A model generated the notes under the pieces. It saw only the letters and a list, made by a program, of their open reading frames with translations, ran no database searches and had not been told where the DNA came from. The translations under genes were made by a program, and so were the position numbers. This document shows positions 14,151-15,428 of a stretch of DNA of 15,428 nt, piece by piece (position 1 is the first letter of the stretch; the number at the start of each line of letters is the position of its first letter). This DNA comes from Candidatus Jordarchaeum madagascarense (GTDB lineage: Archaea > Asgardarchaeota > Jordiarchaeia > Jordiarchaeales > Jordiarchaeaceae). Location: contig DXJA01000257.1 of NCBI GenBank assembly GCA_019056875.1, positions 1-15,428 on the forward strand. Reading direction: 5' to 3'.

Positions 14151-15428
14151 TTAATCTTGGTTTTCCGGTTTGATTTTATTATCTGGTTTTACTTCTGGAT
14201 GAATTTTTAATAGGTATTCGCAGTACTCATCGCCCTTTGAGACACACATGACTTCTTCACAGGTGCACTTTGATCCGGTATAGGTTTCTGCTGTCGCTTC
14301 TATTGCGCCTTCAATAAGGGCTCCCATATTTTTACCTATATTTGACTCTGAGCATATAGCGGGATTCCTAAGTCGTATTCGTATAATTCCTTTTTCGGGA
14401 TTATAACTTTGAATAAACATTCCACCTAAACCCATAAGGGTACATACTCTGGCGTAAAACAGAATTGCTTCTTCCATGTTGGCAATTTTAAACTTGTTCA
14501 GCAGTACTTTAGCAATGGGATACGTTATTTCCTTGCCCAATTGGTGTGTTAGCTCATAGCCTAGCTTATAGTCATTTTTTTCAATCATGATTTTGGATAA
14601 CACTTTGAACATGTCTGAGGGTATAAACGCCATCCTAAGACCCAAAAAATCGATATTGCCATTCTGTAGCATTTTTGCATTGTGTTTCATACTCTCAAAT
14701 TCCCTAACTATTTCTGTTCTTAAGTTGATTCCATTTGGAACAACTTCATAGGGAACTCTATCGCTTAGATAGTTTATAAGGGGAGATTTGGTAACTCTCA
14801 AATACTTCTGAAAACCTTTCTCTTGTTCTACCACTTTTAGTTCAATCGCGTAGTCGAACGCATGTTCAAGGGTACTCAGAGTTTTTTCATCCATCATACC
14901 CCTATCAAAAACGAAAATCGGCAGCCCATACTGGCTTAAGTTTATTCTGTTTTTGTAAATCAGGTTAATTATTTTATCAATTTGCTGTCCCTTTGTCAGA
15001 AATATGTTACTAAGGTAGAGAATGCAGAATAACTTGCCTTTATACTCCTCAATGAGCGATGTCAAATTATAAAGATAAGCGTCAAGACTAATAATATCTC
15101 GAGGATTGTCTATCACATGCTTTTCTTCTGTGGCTAAACGGCCATAGAGATTAGTAAATCCATCCACAATAAATAGACCCCCCTCATTTTCGAATTTTTC
15201 CAAATCCCAGTTAAAAGATCTAGACCAATCTCGAATTCTTATCGGGGGAAAGTCCAAGTCCAGAATAAATCCGTGGTCTCCTTCCTGGATTCTTTGATTA
15301 ATAATCTGTAGAGGCAGAAGCTCACCCATTGAGCCAGTCTCTTTTAACAGTAGAACAGGAGAATCCCTGATAAAACCGCCGCCAAGGAGAAGATCTAAGT
15401 CATGGATACCCGAACTGATTAGCTCCAT
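14151..15428 (-). CDS. KaiC/RecA-superfamily-like domain with degenerate P-loop, fused to a C-terminal V4R (4-vinyl reductase) domain; possibly truncated at the window edge
   Basis: N-terminal SSGIHDLDLLLGGGFIRDSPVLLL matches the KaiC/Rad55-like entry. Walker B-like GLFIVDGF. C-terminal MGALIEGAIEATAETYTGSKCTCEEVMCVSKGDEYCEYLLKI is V4R-like. The ATG is exactly at base 15428, so the start could lie upstream outside the window. Confidence 0.82.
   Translation of the reverse strand: MELISSGIHDLDLLLGGGFIRDSPVLLLKETGSMGELLPLQIINQRIQEGDHGFILDLDFPPIRIRDWSRSFNWDLEKFENEGGLFIVDGFTNLYGRLATEEKHVIDNPRDIISLDAYLYNLTSLIEEYKGKLFCILYLSNIFLTKGQQIDKIINLIYKNRINLSQYGLPIFVFDRGMMDEKTLSTLEHAFDYAIELKVVEQEKGFQKYLRVTKSPLINYLSDRVPYEVVPNGINLRTEIVREFESMKHNAKMLQNGNIDFLGLRMAFIPSDMFKVLSKIMIEKNDYKLGYELTHQLGKEITYPIAKVLLNKFKIANMEEAILFYARVCTLMGLGGMFIQSYNPEKGIIRIRLRNPAICSESNIGKNMGALIEGAIEATAETYTGSKCTCEEVMCVSKGDEYCEYLLKIHPEVKPDNKIKPENQD

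Noticed and set aside
1-15428. CRISPR array, tRNA or rRNA genes, transposase or integrase
   Set aside because: No regularly spaced repeats, tRNA-like GTTCRANNC arm with acceptor pairing, conserved rRNA stretches or transposase motifs were seen. Short RNAs could still be missed without a tool.

Overview
This 15.4 kb window looks archaeal. The supporting signs are TATA-like boxes, frequent TTG starts, zinc-ribbon proteins and a KaiC-like/V4R protein. I assign no taxon. Supported genes, left to right: Ldh2-type malate/L-lactate dehydrogenase (+); AMP-forming acyl-CoA ligase (-), divergent from a MarR regulator (+) that leads a tightly coupled DrrA/DrrB-type ABC-2 exporter operon; AttH/CrtC-like lipocalin-fold protein (-); large membrane-anchored HerA/VirB4-like ATPase (+) with no recognisable partner genes; flavin reductase-like protein (+); small two-CxxC protein (+); protein with a possible N-terminal PH-like region, an acidic linker and a C-terminal zinc ribbon (+); small hydrophobic protein (+); amidohydrolase (-); and a KaiC/RecA-like protein with a degenerate P-loop fused to a V4R domain (-, starting at the window edge). 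I see no rRNA, tRNA, CRISPR array or transposase. The best leads are the solo HerA-like ATPase, the P-loop-degenerate KaiC-V4R fusion, the Walker A Lys-to-Arg change in an otherwise intact ABC ATPase, the structured MarR operator region, and an alternating octamer array at 11293-11412. I did not find clear evidence of a complete new multi-gene system.
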